The notes below the pieces were generated by a model. The model did not search any database, was not told where the DNA came from, and was given only the letters and a program-made list of their open reading frames with translations. This document shows positions 1-12,000 of a DNA stretch of 64,000 nt, piece after piece. The translations under genes and the position numbers were made by a program. Position 1 is the stretch's first letter; the number at the start of each line of letters is the position of its first letter. Location: contig NW_019218018.1 of NCBI RefSeq assembly GCF_002571385.2, positions 359,257 to 423,256 of the forward strand. The letters are read 5' to 3'. This stretch comes from Stylophora pistillata. Lineage: Eukaryota.

Positions 1-368
1 CTTTTTAAACAACTGAGAGACAGTGACATTTAATTTAGTAATCATAAATGTACTGTGTAACTAGTTGGTTCCTAATACTTTCAATTAGTTTTAGTAGTTC
101 TTAAATTATGATTTTTAGTAGTCTTATCTTAGCAATTTTTTAGCATCTTTGAAATATCTAACTAAGAACGACATTGTTCTAAATTTTATTTACTGGACAT
201 CTTGACCAGACCAGTGTTGTATATAAACGCTGATAGATATCTCCAGGATAAATAAAGCTTTTATTATTATCCATGATCAAGATTATCATAGCTAAGTCAC
301 CCAAGGGAATCAAGCCTTACCAACAGTTACTGTCTACCATGAACTACTACAAACCCTCCTAAGCGTAC

Positions 369-3300
369 CTCTCTGAACAGGGAACCCACATACAGAGTGG
401 TTAAGGGAGTCTGTTCTGCTGGTTTAACAATTGCAACATTGCCACAAGCTAGAGCTGCAGAAAGCTTTAAACAGGCTATGTTAAGGGGAAAGTTCCATGG
501 TACAATAGCTCCAACCACACCCACAGGTTCATGTCTGGTTTAAACAAAGTAAGGACCATCTGCATATACAGGAAAAAATTCAATGAGGTCAGCAGGTGGG
601 GCTGGTTACAACACAAACATACTTGGAATGCTTACCAATACCAATGCAGTAAGGTATTCACCACCACAGTAACTGCCTTTTATCACAACTTTCATCCAAA
701 AGGTGCAGGTCTAACACTAGACCCTTGCCTTACAGAACTTTCTAGTCACAATGTAGAGACTTCCTCAAAAAACAGAGGTGGTAAGATTGTACAAATTTAT
801 CCCTCCCAAGTATTAATTAATGTAACATTAAATTTTCATAACTTGTCAACATGGAAATGTTGAGCTTTGACAAGGGAGACCTACTAAGTTTGAGGGTTTA
901 AAAGACTGTACATGGTAATATTCTTGTCTGAATGGTAGCTGTGAAGGGCAGCATTAAGGTTTTGCAGCACCATGTTACACCAGAACAAGGGCATGAGTTA
1001 GGAAGCAAAATTTATCAATTAATGTAGTTTTTCCACTTGCTCACTTACCAGAAGATATAGTCTTTCCTGTTATCTTATCAGCCCATCCAGCATAGTATCT
1101 GAAGCATTTCACAGTAAATTCCATGTCATCTACTGAATCAGCAAATAATTTTCCACTGTCAATAGTCTCCAGGGACTATAAATAAATGAATGACAAATTC
1201 AAAATGTATATGCCTCAATTCAATATCAAATAAAGCACTATTAATAATGTTATTAACTTCCTTTACAGAGAAGCAGAACCTATAAAATTATTTTGCCCTG
1301 CTCCCAACATGTGGCTTCATAGCTGAGTTGGTAGTATCACACCCAACTACTATATGGGAGGCACAGGTTTAAATTCTGTCAAAGCCTGATTTCTTTCCAC
1401 ATTATTTCTGCAATTTCTAAAATTGCAGTCCACCTGCCAGGTTCATTTCTTTTCTTATTTACTGAAAAGTCATATCTGGCCCTCCCTCCTAAGGATCGTT
1501 AGTTTGCAAATTACTTAGTAATAGTTTCCAGCATAGTGACAAATTAGCATCCAATCAAGGGTAAGTGAAGCTGCACTCTCATTTAAAGCTCGATCATACT
1601 ATTTAAACTGATGTATGCTCCATTCTTATGGCTACTGAGTCCCTTAACTTTATAAAAGGCTATTACAGAAAGATGATGTTATTCAGTGAATAACACCTAG
1701 GCATACTCGCAGAAAAAGAACTGTGAGCGCTCCTAATAGAGGTCGAACATATGACCTTCCGACTAGCACTTTAGATGCTCCACCAGTGAGCTATAGCAGA
1801 TTTGTAGTAGGCTAGGCTGTTTAACCAGGTCCATTGTGACAAACTTCCTACATACTAGGATGGGAAAGTCAATATGTGATGCTTAAGTGCAATGATGATG
1901 TAATTGAGGATGGTGAATTTTAAGCCTGGTGTTTAAGTGAAAAAAGCTGTTATTTTAATTAGTGATTTACAGAAGACTGTTGGCAGGCTAAGCCATTTAA
2001 CTAGGTCCATGATGACAAACTTCTTGCATACTGCTAGCCTAATAATGTACCACAATGACAGATACTGCTCAGTGTTATTATTTTACTTACAGCTAAATAG
2101 TCCAAGTCTCTCTCAATAAGGTCAGCTACTTTGTATAAGAGTTGGCCTCTCTTAGAAGCATCCATGGTCCTCCAAGGACTGCCAAGTTTAAAGGCTTCAG
2201 TAGCAGCTTTGACTGCTTTATCAACATCAGCCTGAATCATTTAAATATACCAGTTAAGGATGTACCTGAGGTATACCTTTAATTACAAGATGTACATGTA
2301 ACCCAGGAGTCTGTATGAAAATTGGATTTGGTACATATATACATGTCATTTTTCATTAGAGTCCCAGATTCAGAGCCACAAAACATGATCTACCTTTATA
2401 CATTCAATAAAACATTAGTAAAGTTGAGCTTGTTCCTTAACTCCCAAGTTTAGAAATTCTCAATTTTCTCTTACAGCTGCTAAACATTTCCTACCGCAGT
2501 GGTCAAGAATATTTTTCAACTGAAGATATCCCCTGGTTATGAGATAGTGTAAATAATAAATTGTAACCATAAGGTTAAGCTATAATTTGATGTGAATCAC
2601 TTCTGGGATTGATAAAGCATTATTAACCAAGCATGACTGCACTTCGCTGATAGGCCAGTTAAATTCTCATTTCTCCCTTCTGACCATTTCCATTGTCTTA
2701 AGACTACATTGTGCCTTTGTTGTTGACAACACCAGCCAAAAATAAACTCTTCTTATCACAATAGACAGTTTCCTGCAAGTTGAGGAGAATGTAAAATAGT
2801 AACGAACACTTTTTCAATTTCACAGGATCAAAGTGGATGATTTTGTTCCATCACCTCAGCCAATCAAAACACAATTTGCTTTCTCTTTCCATTTAGAAAG
2901 CCACATATTAAAAAATGGGATTCATCTAAGACATGCTTGAATACTGACTCCTGTGTAATTTACCAGTCAGAGAACTTATGGCAACATCTCTGAGCTTATT
3001 TGCTTACCTTGTCACCCTCAACCACCTCACATATCTTTTCCTCTGTCACTGGATTGAGAGTCAGAAAAGTTTTCCCACTGACTGAGTCCACATACTCATT
3101 ATTGATAAAAAGCTGTAAGAAAAAAAAAAGTACCTCATCATACATTATCATCCCATGATTGGTCATAACAGTACAGAAAACAATAATTTCCAGAATATAA
3201 CTTTTCCATGTTGTTTATTATTTAATCACTGAAATGTGTGCTCAAACATATTCAATCCAATCTGTATCCCCTTACCCCACCACTCTCCCTCTTCACACCC

Positions 3301-4355
3301 CACCCCCACCCCCTCCCCCTCAAAATAGATCACAACTGAAACAAACATTTCTAAATTGTGAATTACAAATAATACAATATATAATCCTGCCATTTCACAC
3401 ACAAAAAAAGTGGCAGTAATGCATGCAAATGATCAAATAGAAATAAAAAATATACATATTAGCATATTCAGTGGTTGTCTTGCTACTTATTGACCCTGAC
3501 ATGGCTCAACAAGAGGCTCCATTTTTCATGTACAACACCCCACCCCCCACCTTCTCTTCACTAGAGATGACAGAAACCCAGACTCTTAATTTTTTCCAAG
3601 GCCCTTTAATAGTCAAATTCAAAGAATCAATGTTTTTTGATGACACCTCAGTAAAAAGTGTCCAAATCGTTCTACTTGACTCCCATAAGAGGATACAAAT
3701 GGAAAAACAAAACCCAACAAAAAAAGATGAGAGGGAATGTTGGAGGGCTAGTCAAAAATTCCAATAACAGTTAATTATTTTCGTGTCAAGTATTCTGATC
3801 TGTCCCAGACTGGCTATATATAATTATATGCATACAATAAATAGTACATTCTACATATGTATAAATCAAATGGATGAAATTCATAAAAATCAAATGAACA
3901 ATTTAGATGAGAAATATAACGCATATATGTATGAATAATTGAATAAGCTAAAGCATTCTCCTCTTCAAAAGGTGATTACGTGGTGCGGTTATAAATTCAA
4001 AATTATCCTCTTTGTCATCGACACTGCCAGAACCCCTGTTCCAGTGCTTTAATAAACGCTATTTGCATCCTAGGTGCAATTTGAATGTGGTCTTAAAAAT
4101 TTCTTAGAGTCATCACTCCTCAAAGTAGGAGATAGAGGAGTAATATATATATCTCTCACTGTGCTGCAAATATTCGTTATTTCTTCTCAGGCGAAGCAAG
4201 GTTGGCATAAGATCTTTGGGAGGCAATGTTTTGATGTTTTCCAGACTTCCACGCGTCTCCGCTCATTTTTAACCATAAATCGACGCAAACAAATCGCTTA
4301 TGCTTTGATTTACCTTTTTGAACTTGATTTCTGGATTCCTTATGGGTTTAGGCAT
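369..4355 (-). CDS. Aldehyde dehydrogenase, ALDH1A/ALDH2 family, copy A (first 5 exons; 3' part lies beyond the window start)
   Basis: GT-AG exons 4355-4314 ([14 protein letters not shown]), 3112-3008 ([16 protein letters not shown]...), 2231-2091, 1175-1049 ([12 protein letters not shown]), 559-369 ([18 protein letters not shown]...KPAEQTPLT). Exon lengths are identical to copy B. An in-frame upstream ATG at 4451 is separated from it by a TGA at 4388-4386. Confidence 0.93.
1296..1460 (+). mobile_element. Degenerate tRNA-derived SINE
   Basis: Decayed A-box/B-box head (tggcttcatagctgagttggtag...ggtttaaattc), similar to the 247-bp SINE unit at 16947-18462. Confidence 0.55.
1700..2036 (-). mobile_element. 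Degenerate tRNA-derived SINE (second family)
   Basis: Minus strand reads tagctcactggtggagcatc...ggtcatatgttcgacctc; the segment ggcta(a/g)gc..tttaac.aggtccat..tgacaaactt occurs twice (about 1811 and 1987). Confidence 0.5.
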
Positions 4356-5241
4356 CTTATTAATGGCAAAGTGACAAGATAGTCCTCATAGACGCGTTGA
4401 AGACGACCCACGGAGAACACCAGATAAGGCGTTCAGAATACAGAGGAACATAAATGTTGAAAGTTAAGCATGCGCACAGGGATCAATTTTGGTCTGCTGA
4501 CGCGCCGGTTTCCCGCGCAAAATTTCAGAGGAAAACAGAGGTCACGCAAAGAATGCGAAAAAAGATTGAACGTTCACAGAAATCTTTAGTCTAGAACCGA
4601 ATATGCGTGTTGTTAACAAGGTACAAGGGAAACAACAGCAGAATTTTATTTGTATTTTACTTGGTTTTGATCGCGGTCACGGACGAAGGGTACAAATCGT
4701 CTGACTGAGTTTGAATTGACTGAGTACGAAACGCCCTCTGCTGTGGAACGACTTAACACCAACAAAGAGAGTAGGGACGGGTAGCGGAAACGAGGAGGAG
4801 GAGGTGGAGAGGTTATAGCATAATTCTCCATGTCTAGTATGATTTTACGAAAATGCATAAAAATCAACCATGGACTGTTGCGATCTGACATCTGGATGAG
4901 TACATTTAAGAAATAATAAGAAATTCAAATATTCGATCTACGTAATAAAGAGATTACAAACAAGAAAAAGATTTCCGCGGGTTGGTCACCTCTTTCTGTA
5001 CAAGTGACCGTGTGCTTGCGTGGCTGGTGGGTTTGCTTGCCCTCAAAAGCGTCCAATAGTAGAGTTATGAAATCGGCGATGTGCTCAGGGGGCACCAAGT
5101 AACTTCGCGCCGACATGTCAACTCACCGACACCTTCGATCACCTCATCGAGAGCCGTGTTTGGTCCTTGATGACAAATCGAGCAACAAAGATTAGTTTTG
5201 ACGAGTTGGTCAAAGTTGTCCGCGAGTAGATCGGTGGTTTT

Positions 5242-5498
5242 GGTGAGTTGGCCAAAGGTGTCGAGTTGGCTAATGGTGTAGGCGAGTTGGCTAACAGTGT
5301 AGGCGAGTTGGCTAATGGTGTAGGCGAGTTTGCTAATGGTGTAGGCGAGTTGACAAATGGTGTAGGCGAGTTGGCTAACAGTGTAGGCGAGTTGGCTAAT
5401 GGTGTAGGCGAGTTTGCTAATGGTGTAGGCGAGTTGGCAAATGGTGTAGGTGAGTTGGCAAATGGTGTAGGCGAGTTGGCAAATGGTGTAGGCGAGTT
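5242..5498. repeat. 21-bp minisatellite, about 12 units (GGTGTAGGCGAGTTGGCTAAT)
   Basis: Tandem array visible directly between the 3' end of ALDH copy B and the promoter of copy A. Confidence 0.95.
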
Positions 5499-6016
5499 AA
5501 AATGTCAGCGAAATGACCGGTAGCCGCTCAGGGTCAAGTGTCGTCAATCCCACGAGAGACGTGGATAAGACATATCTAGAACAGCGTCGACTAAAAAATT
5601 TTGTATTCGCTCGTAAAGAGGTGGGTGGGGGGAGAGATTAGTCGTTCTTATGAAGTCCCTACCCAAATGGATAAAGTAGTAGTCGAAAAATGGAGTCCCT
5701 CCCCTGCCAAAACAATAATAATGTTCAGAGAAGGAAACAGCGTCAAATTTGGCCTTTAACAACAAATGTGAGAAAAAAAAAAAACATCAAAAACAACATC
5801 AGAATAACACAAAACAGAGGGAAAAGAGAACCTTATCATAATTATCAATTCATAATTCTATCACACTGATTCTGGCAAGTACAAAATAATTTAAAATTCT
5901 TCCAAAGCATATTAAGTGATCCCTTTGTCGGGTGATTGACCTCAATTCTCTCTTTACTTTTATATACGGTCATAAATTTTTTCTAATTTTCATCTGTTGA
6001 GTCCGTCTGACGGAAG

Positions 6017-9000
6017 CTAGGAATTCTTTGATGTTACTTTCATAGTAACCTGTAAGAAATAAAAGCAACATCAATGTGACCATAATTACGATTCTAACCT
6101 ACTTCAAGGTTCGTATTCTTTGGGGAACAGTCATTATTTATCACTTAAGGGAGGGGGGGTCCGGAGGATTTTAGGCGATCACATGATTTTGAGGCGGATG
6201 GGGGGAGGCAGTTGTTTCTGACAGAGTTTAAAGGGGGGACTATAGACGATTGACTGCCAATGAGGAGGTATCGTTAGATAACGACTCTAGCGTTATGGGG
6301 GGATCAGCTAAATGTTACTGTGACACAACCAAAATCCCCCTACCCCTTCCCCCAGCGATAAATAGTTACCGATCTTTAGAAGTGCCCAAATTCCACAACT
6401 TTTCAGTAACTTTTTCGAGACTTTTCTAAACATTTTTCAACCTACGGTCGAGAAGTTGGTTTTGACGTGACATGAAAACAACATGACAGGGTTCTCTGTA
6501 CCCAAATAGTAGAGTATAAGACCGCGAAATCTGAAGGACAGCAGTTTGATTCTTCGGGTTGACACATTTTTTTTTTGTGCTTCACTTGTAACAAAACAAC
6601 TAACACCTTTCTTTATTTTATGATCACCCTCAAAATTAACCCTTTAACTCCCATGAGTGACCAAGGGAGAATTCCTACATATAATATTAGTACAATATCA
6701 AGCAGACAAAGAATAAAAATATAAATATAAATATACATGAGAATAAAGAATATCAACTAGGGGATTATTAATTCTCTAATTCTCCAAACTAACATCATAG
6801 GAATTGTACGGCAGATAGCCTATCTTCCTATTTTAGCGATAAAAATACTCAGGCATTGGCTTTTCTACAGTGCAGCTTACCGTTTTTACTTCCAGGTAGG
6901 GTAGGAGGCCATATTCACCCCTGCAAAAGTTTAATTTAGTTAAACGAAATTTAACGAACTAAGTGAATCACCAAGACTCAGCTGAGCAGGCGTTCTAAGT
7001 CACAAGCACAAGCTCAAGTGTCAGGCAAAGATTACGTTGCGGAGTGATCTCGCCAGGTGTTCAAAGACAGTGCTCATAGTGGTTGGCGAGAGTACTTGGG
7101 TCAATTTCATCCAGGTACGTGCCGCTGGCCTCTCTGAGAACCCCTAACCCGTTAAGGTCTATTCTGTAGCCAATAATAGACCCCGATTTAACTCTATTGA
7201 AAACACAAACCCATTAAAGTCAATCCAGTCGTGATAATACGGCCCCATCCAGCGGCACTTCGTCCATTAGCGGCCTATTGCTAGGAAGAACCCCCCTCCC
7301 CTGTCTTCAGCTCTGAGAAGTTTGAAGCGATTTTTTTAGGCGTTTTCCCACCACATCCACCCTCATATTCTTCCTTCTACTGATCTGGTCAATATTAAAG
7401 GGTGCCTGGAATGGGGCCCATGGCTAATGGACCAATACTCATGGTCTTAAAANNNNNNNNNNNNNNNNNNNNNNNNNNTACGATGGCATTTAACAGTACC
7501 AATATCCAAATCCATTTCAAAACAACATCAATGAATTCAGTTATCAAAGAGGGATAGACAAGATTAAAACCAGAAAATGTAAAATCCGTGGAGTGACTCT
7601 TTTAAGAATCCCACACTGCGTTGAAAAACTTAACGAGTTCATCAAAGAAAAACAGAGAAGAATTGATTTGGATATCATCACTTGAGGCTAGTGATGAAAG
7701 TAACGCGGTGTTCAAAACTTATCCGCTCGAAAGAAGATGAGAGAGTAAACGCTCGGTCGCTTATCGAGTTCAACTCTCAATTCTTTATATTTATGAGAGA
7801 TCCGAGTTTTTTTAAAAGTTCCAGCACTCACGCGTGTGTGTTTCTTCTCTGAACTCACTCGTGGGCGTTCCGATTTGTCAGGCGCGGGAGTCCTTGTCTT
7901 AGGTTAGGTACCGCCTCCCGGTTAGCTCAATTGGTTAGAGCGCCGGATTGTGTTGTGCGGGAGGTCGAGGGTTCGAGCCCCGGCCGGACCAATACTCATG
8001 GTCTTAAAATAAGTGATGAGAATTTGCTACCTTTCTATTATATAAAGAAATGGATAGATATTCTAGTCTTCTCGGATAAAGACGAATAAACCGTAGGCCC
8101 CGTCTCCTGCAGGGTTAGGGGTAGGAGACGTTAATTTCCCACGCACGAGGTTACATGGACTGAAGCGGCTGCCAGAGGCGCCTGATAATGCTGACGTCCG
8201 ATCTCAACCTTATCATTGTAACTAGACACGTTTGTTGTTTAGAGTGCTTAAGACTTTCTTTCTAAGTTAGTGGGAGCTGCCAGTCAATGGAGCAGTATTG
8301 TGTCTCTGGGGGCTGGCTGGACATGGCTGAATTAAGTCCTCAGAAACCCTGGGCACCCACTTTCTATTCTTGCTAAGCAGCAGTCACCAACTAATTTTGA
8401 GAAACTTTATATCTCAATTTTTTTAATTCATTTGCCTTTCTTTCAAATTTTCTGTCAGAGAAACACAAAAGACTCTAAGGTTATGACAGGACAAATTGTG
8501 CTGCTTAGTTGAAGAGCATTCAGCTTTGAATCAAATTATTCAATGCACTATCCAATGAATGTCATAAAAACAACATGGCAACCTCTAAAATGCATCCACT
8601 CAAGACATTACAATTTAAGGCAAGAATTCATTCGCTCCAACGAAGGGCTAACGCTCGAAACGTCAGCTTTTGTAATCGTTACGGTGGCCAATTTACCATT
8701 CAACTTTGTTGATATATCCAAATTATTTCGTTACTCTCACCGACGCAGCCCCAAACAGTTTCTTTCGAAACCATCAGCCTTTATTCATTTGTATTCAATG
8801 CACTGTTTGATTAAGTATTGTATAACCATGAATGCCATAGCACAATCCAATGAATGTCATAAAAACAGCATGGCAACCTTTAAAATTGATCCACTCAAGA
8901 CATTACAATTTAAGGCAAGCACAGCTATATAAATTGCTCCATCTTGAGAAGTTCTTAGTGCTAATATTTAAATAAAAAACGTCATGAGATGATTCAAAGA

Positions 9001-12000
9001 TGATCCAAAGATAAAGTCATGCAGGGGTTAAAAAATAGCCAGTCACCAGCTGTCTACGCCCACGCATAGACCTCTAACAGCCATCTGTTTGACCTGCAAG
9101 CAGGCTCTCACATTTGGGATTTGCCTTAGCCCTAACCCTTTAGCCCGTAAAAGTGACCAGCATCTAATTTCTCCTCACAGTATCATAGCTCAATCAAACA
9201 CAAAATGCATGAGAATTAAAGAAGTGATCATCAACTAAAGAATCCTAATTGATTGTCAAACAAATTCTCCTTATCATTGCCATTGGAAAATACATGTAAA
9301 GAGAAAAGTAAGGAGAAGATTCATATTGATCTTAGGGTGTAAAGGGTGAATGCCTTTTTTCCAGGCACAGCTGCCTATCACCATGCCTCCTGGGTACAAG
9401 TTGGGCAGCACTATCAACCAGGTTACTTGATGTGGAACAAAGAACCCACTAAAACTTGCCTCAATCCCAAGATGAGGCTTACTTATAGTTGCTCAGTTAC
9501 AAGGAGTCCCCAACTAGAATATGGGAGGCACAAGAACTAACCAAACTGAAACTTAAATTTTTTATGGAATTCTTTTTCTTCAATTGCAGCCCGATTGTTA
9601 ACGATCACTTAATTATTTGTTATCACACACAGGTCAAACTATGGTCATGTCACATATTGGTGCTAAATTATTACAACAGTACTGTAATTACCATTCTCTG
9701 CCAAATCCAGACATTTTAAAGCCTCCAAAAGGGGCTTGTGGGGCCCCACATTCATAACAGTTGACCCTGAGTTGAAAGAAAAAACAATACCAACAATAAT
9801 AACATAAATTAACTATCATGTACTGTATGTATTTCTGAAATAAAAGGCTGATCTATTTTTATTTTGTAAATTCTATAATTTCTACCTTAAACACCCCATT
9901 TGGGAATTTCAGAAACAAATCATTTATTTTTACTAACCAAACTGTTCCAGCTTGTAAACTGTGAGAAATTGTTGTTGCCTTATCTATATCTTTGGTAAAT
10001 ACTGCTGCAGCCAGGCCATATGTTGTTTTATTTGCCCTCTCAATAACTTCATTTATATTACTGAATTTGATTATCTGTTGTACAGGACCAAATATCTGTA
10101 AAGGAAAAGTCTATTTATCAAAATAAAGAATAAATAATTCCTTGTCTCTACTTTACAGTATTTGCTGTGGTTTAAATTTTATTTTAGTTAATGAAGATTC
10201 ATGTCTAAACCACTCAAGTTGTAGTCTTCCTTTTTATCAGATTTATCACCATAATTTGCAGTACCGGTATATTATAAATTTCAACTAGACATGCGATACG
10301 ATATTAAGGGCGGAGACAAAATGTCTTTGTTATTTACAAACTAAAGGATACACTTTTTGAAAATCTCACATTAAGCAGCTCTGTTATTAGTTTTAAATCA
10401 GACACCAGTGCATTAATTACAAGTTCAAATTAGTTTTATCATTCCACAAGTTGTTGCAATAAAGATATTAAGTACCTCCTCTTTAGCAATCCTCATATGA
10501 TCTTTTACATCTGAGAAGACTGTGGGTTGTAAAAAATATCCTTTGTCCCCATATCGAGCTCCACCACACTCAAGCTTTGCTCCTTCCTTTTTTCCACTCT
10601 CAATCAGATCAAGAATTTTATTGAACTGTTCTTCGTTAACCTAAACAACAACAATCAGAAGAAAGAGAAATCCCAATTAGGGAAAAATATTGTCTGATTG
10701 AGAAACAAATTCCTTGTGTGCAAAATTATGGGAAGAGCATGCACATCAAACAGTATGGAGAACTGATATTCATATCTTAAGAATGAAAAGGTTATAAAAT
10801 CTTCACACCTGTGGTCCTTGCTCGATGACACGATCAAATGGATCCCCAACTGAACGTTTTTGAGCTCTTTCCACACTCTTTTTCACAAACTCATCATACA
10901 TGGTATCTTGTACAAAAGTGCGGCTGCCAGCACTGCAGCACTGTCCTTGGTTGAAGAACAATGCCAAATGTGCCTGTTCCACTGCATAATCCATATCACT
11001 ATCAGCAAAAACTATATTTGGGCTCTTTCCTCCCAGTTCCAGTGTTACACGCTTTAAGTTGGACTTTGCCGCTGCAGCTTGTATGATCCTTCCCACCTAA
11101 AGAGAGACACAAGTTAAGTAGCTGTCTCCCTGCTAGGACTGTTGACCATATATTTCACTTCTACACTTAATAACTACCACACACAAATTTTTATGAATAA
11201 ACCAAAGAAGAATTGCTTACTAGTTGATTGATTGATTGATTGTCACATTTATTGATTGATAACTATAGATAGATGGATGGGACTTTTGCCGGTTATTTTG
11301 TTTGAAAATTATTGACAGCTTGTATACCTCAGTTGATCCTGTGAATGAAACTTTACTGACATCCATGTGCTCAGATATTGCTGCTCCTGCTGTTGGACCA
11401 TAACCAGAGATGATATTCACCACACCAGGAGGAAAACCAGCCTGAAAAACAAGGACACTCTGAAGTTTTCCTGAAGGTTGTAAATACCAGTAACTCTGCT
11501 GCAGTTGACCTAAACAGGGTATTAAATGCCTTAAAAAATGCTGTTACTTAAACTTTAGTGGTTAAGATAAAATGTACTGCTTCTGCCTAAAATAGCAGAA
11601 GACTTAAGCCTACCTCTTCAAACAACGATCCCACATAGAGTGCTGTTAATGGAGTTTGCTCTGCTGGTTTAAGTACAACAACATTACCACAAGCCAGAGC
11701 AGGGGCAAGCTTCAAGCAAGCCATGTTAAGAGGAAAGTTCCATGGTACAATAGCTCCAACCACACCCACAGGTTCATGTCTAGTGTACACAAAGTAAGGA
11801 CCATCTGCATGTAAAAAGTAAAGATTGAAGTTACTAATGAGAACATGTCAAAGAGGCAGAAAAATATTTAAAGTTTTAACTTCAGTTGTAAGTCTTAATA
11901 CCATTGATACAAATTGCTGACAGAGCTTTAATCCAGGCCAATTGACACACATTGCTGCCAGAGCTTTAATCCAGGCCAATAGGGTAATACCATTGATACA

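Noticed and set aside
4386-4388. Selenocysteine reading of the in-frame TGA in the ALDH leader
   Set aside because: The position is in a targeting-peptide-like segment, not a catalytic Cys site; the 3' UTR is outside the window, so no SECIS can be assessed.
5248-5523. 91-aa GELANGV heptad-repeat ORF
   Set aside because: TTG start, coincides exactly with a 21-bp minisatellite, and has no splice or flanking coding evidence.
7911-7990. tRNA-like sequence
   Set aside because: A and B boxes are present but there is no canonical anticodon arm or acceptor stem; it continues into a repeat body, so it is a SINE.
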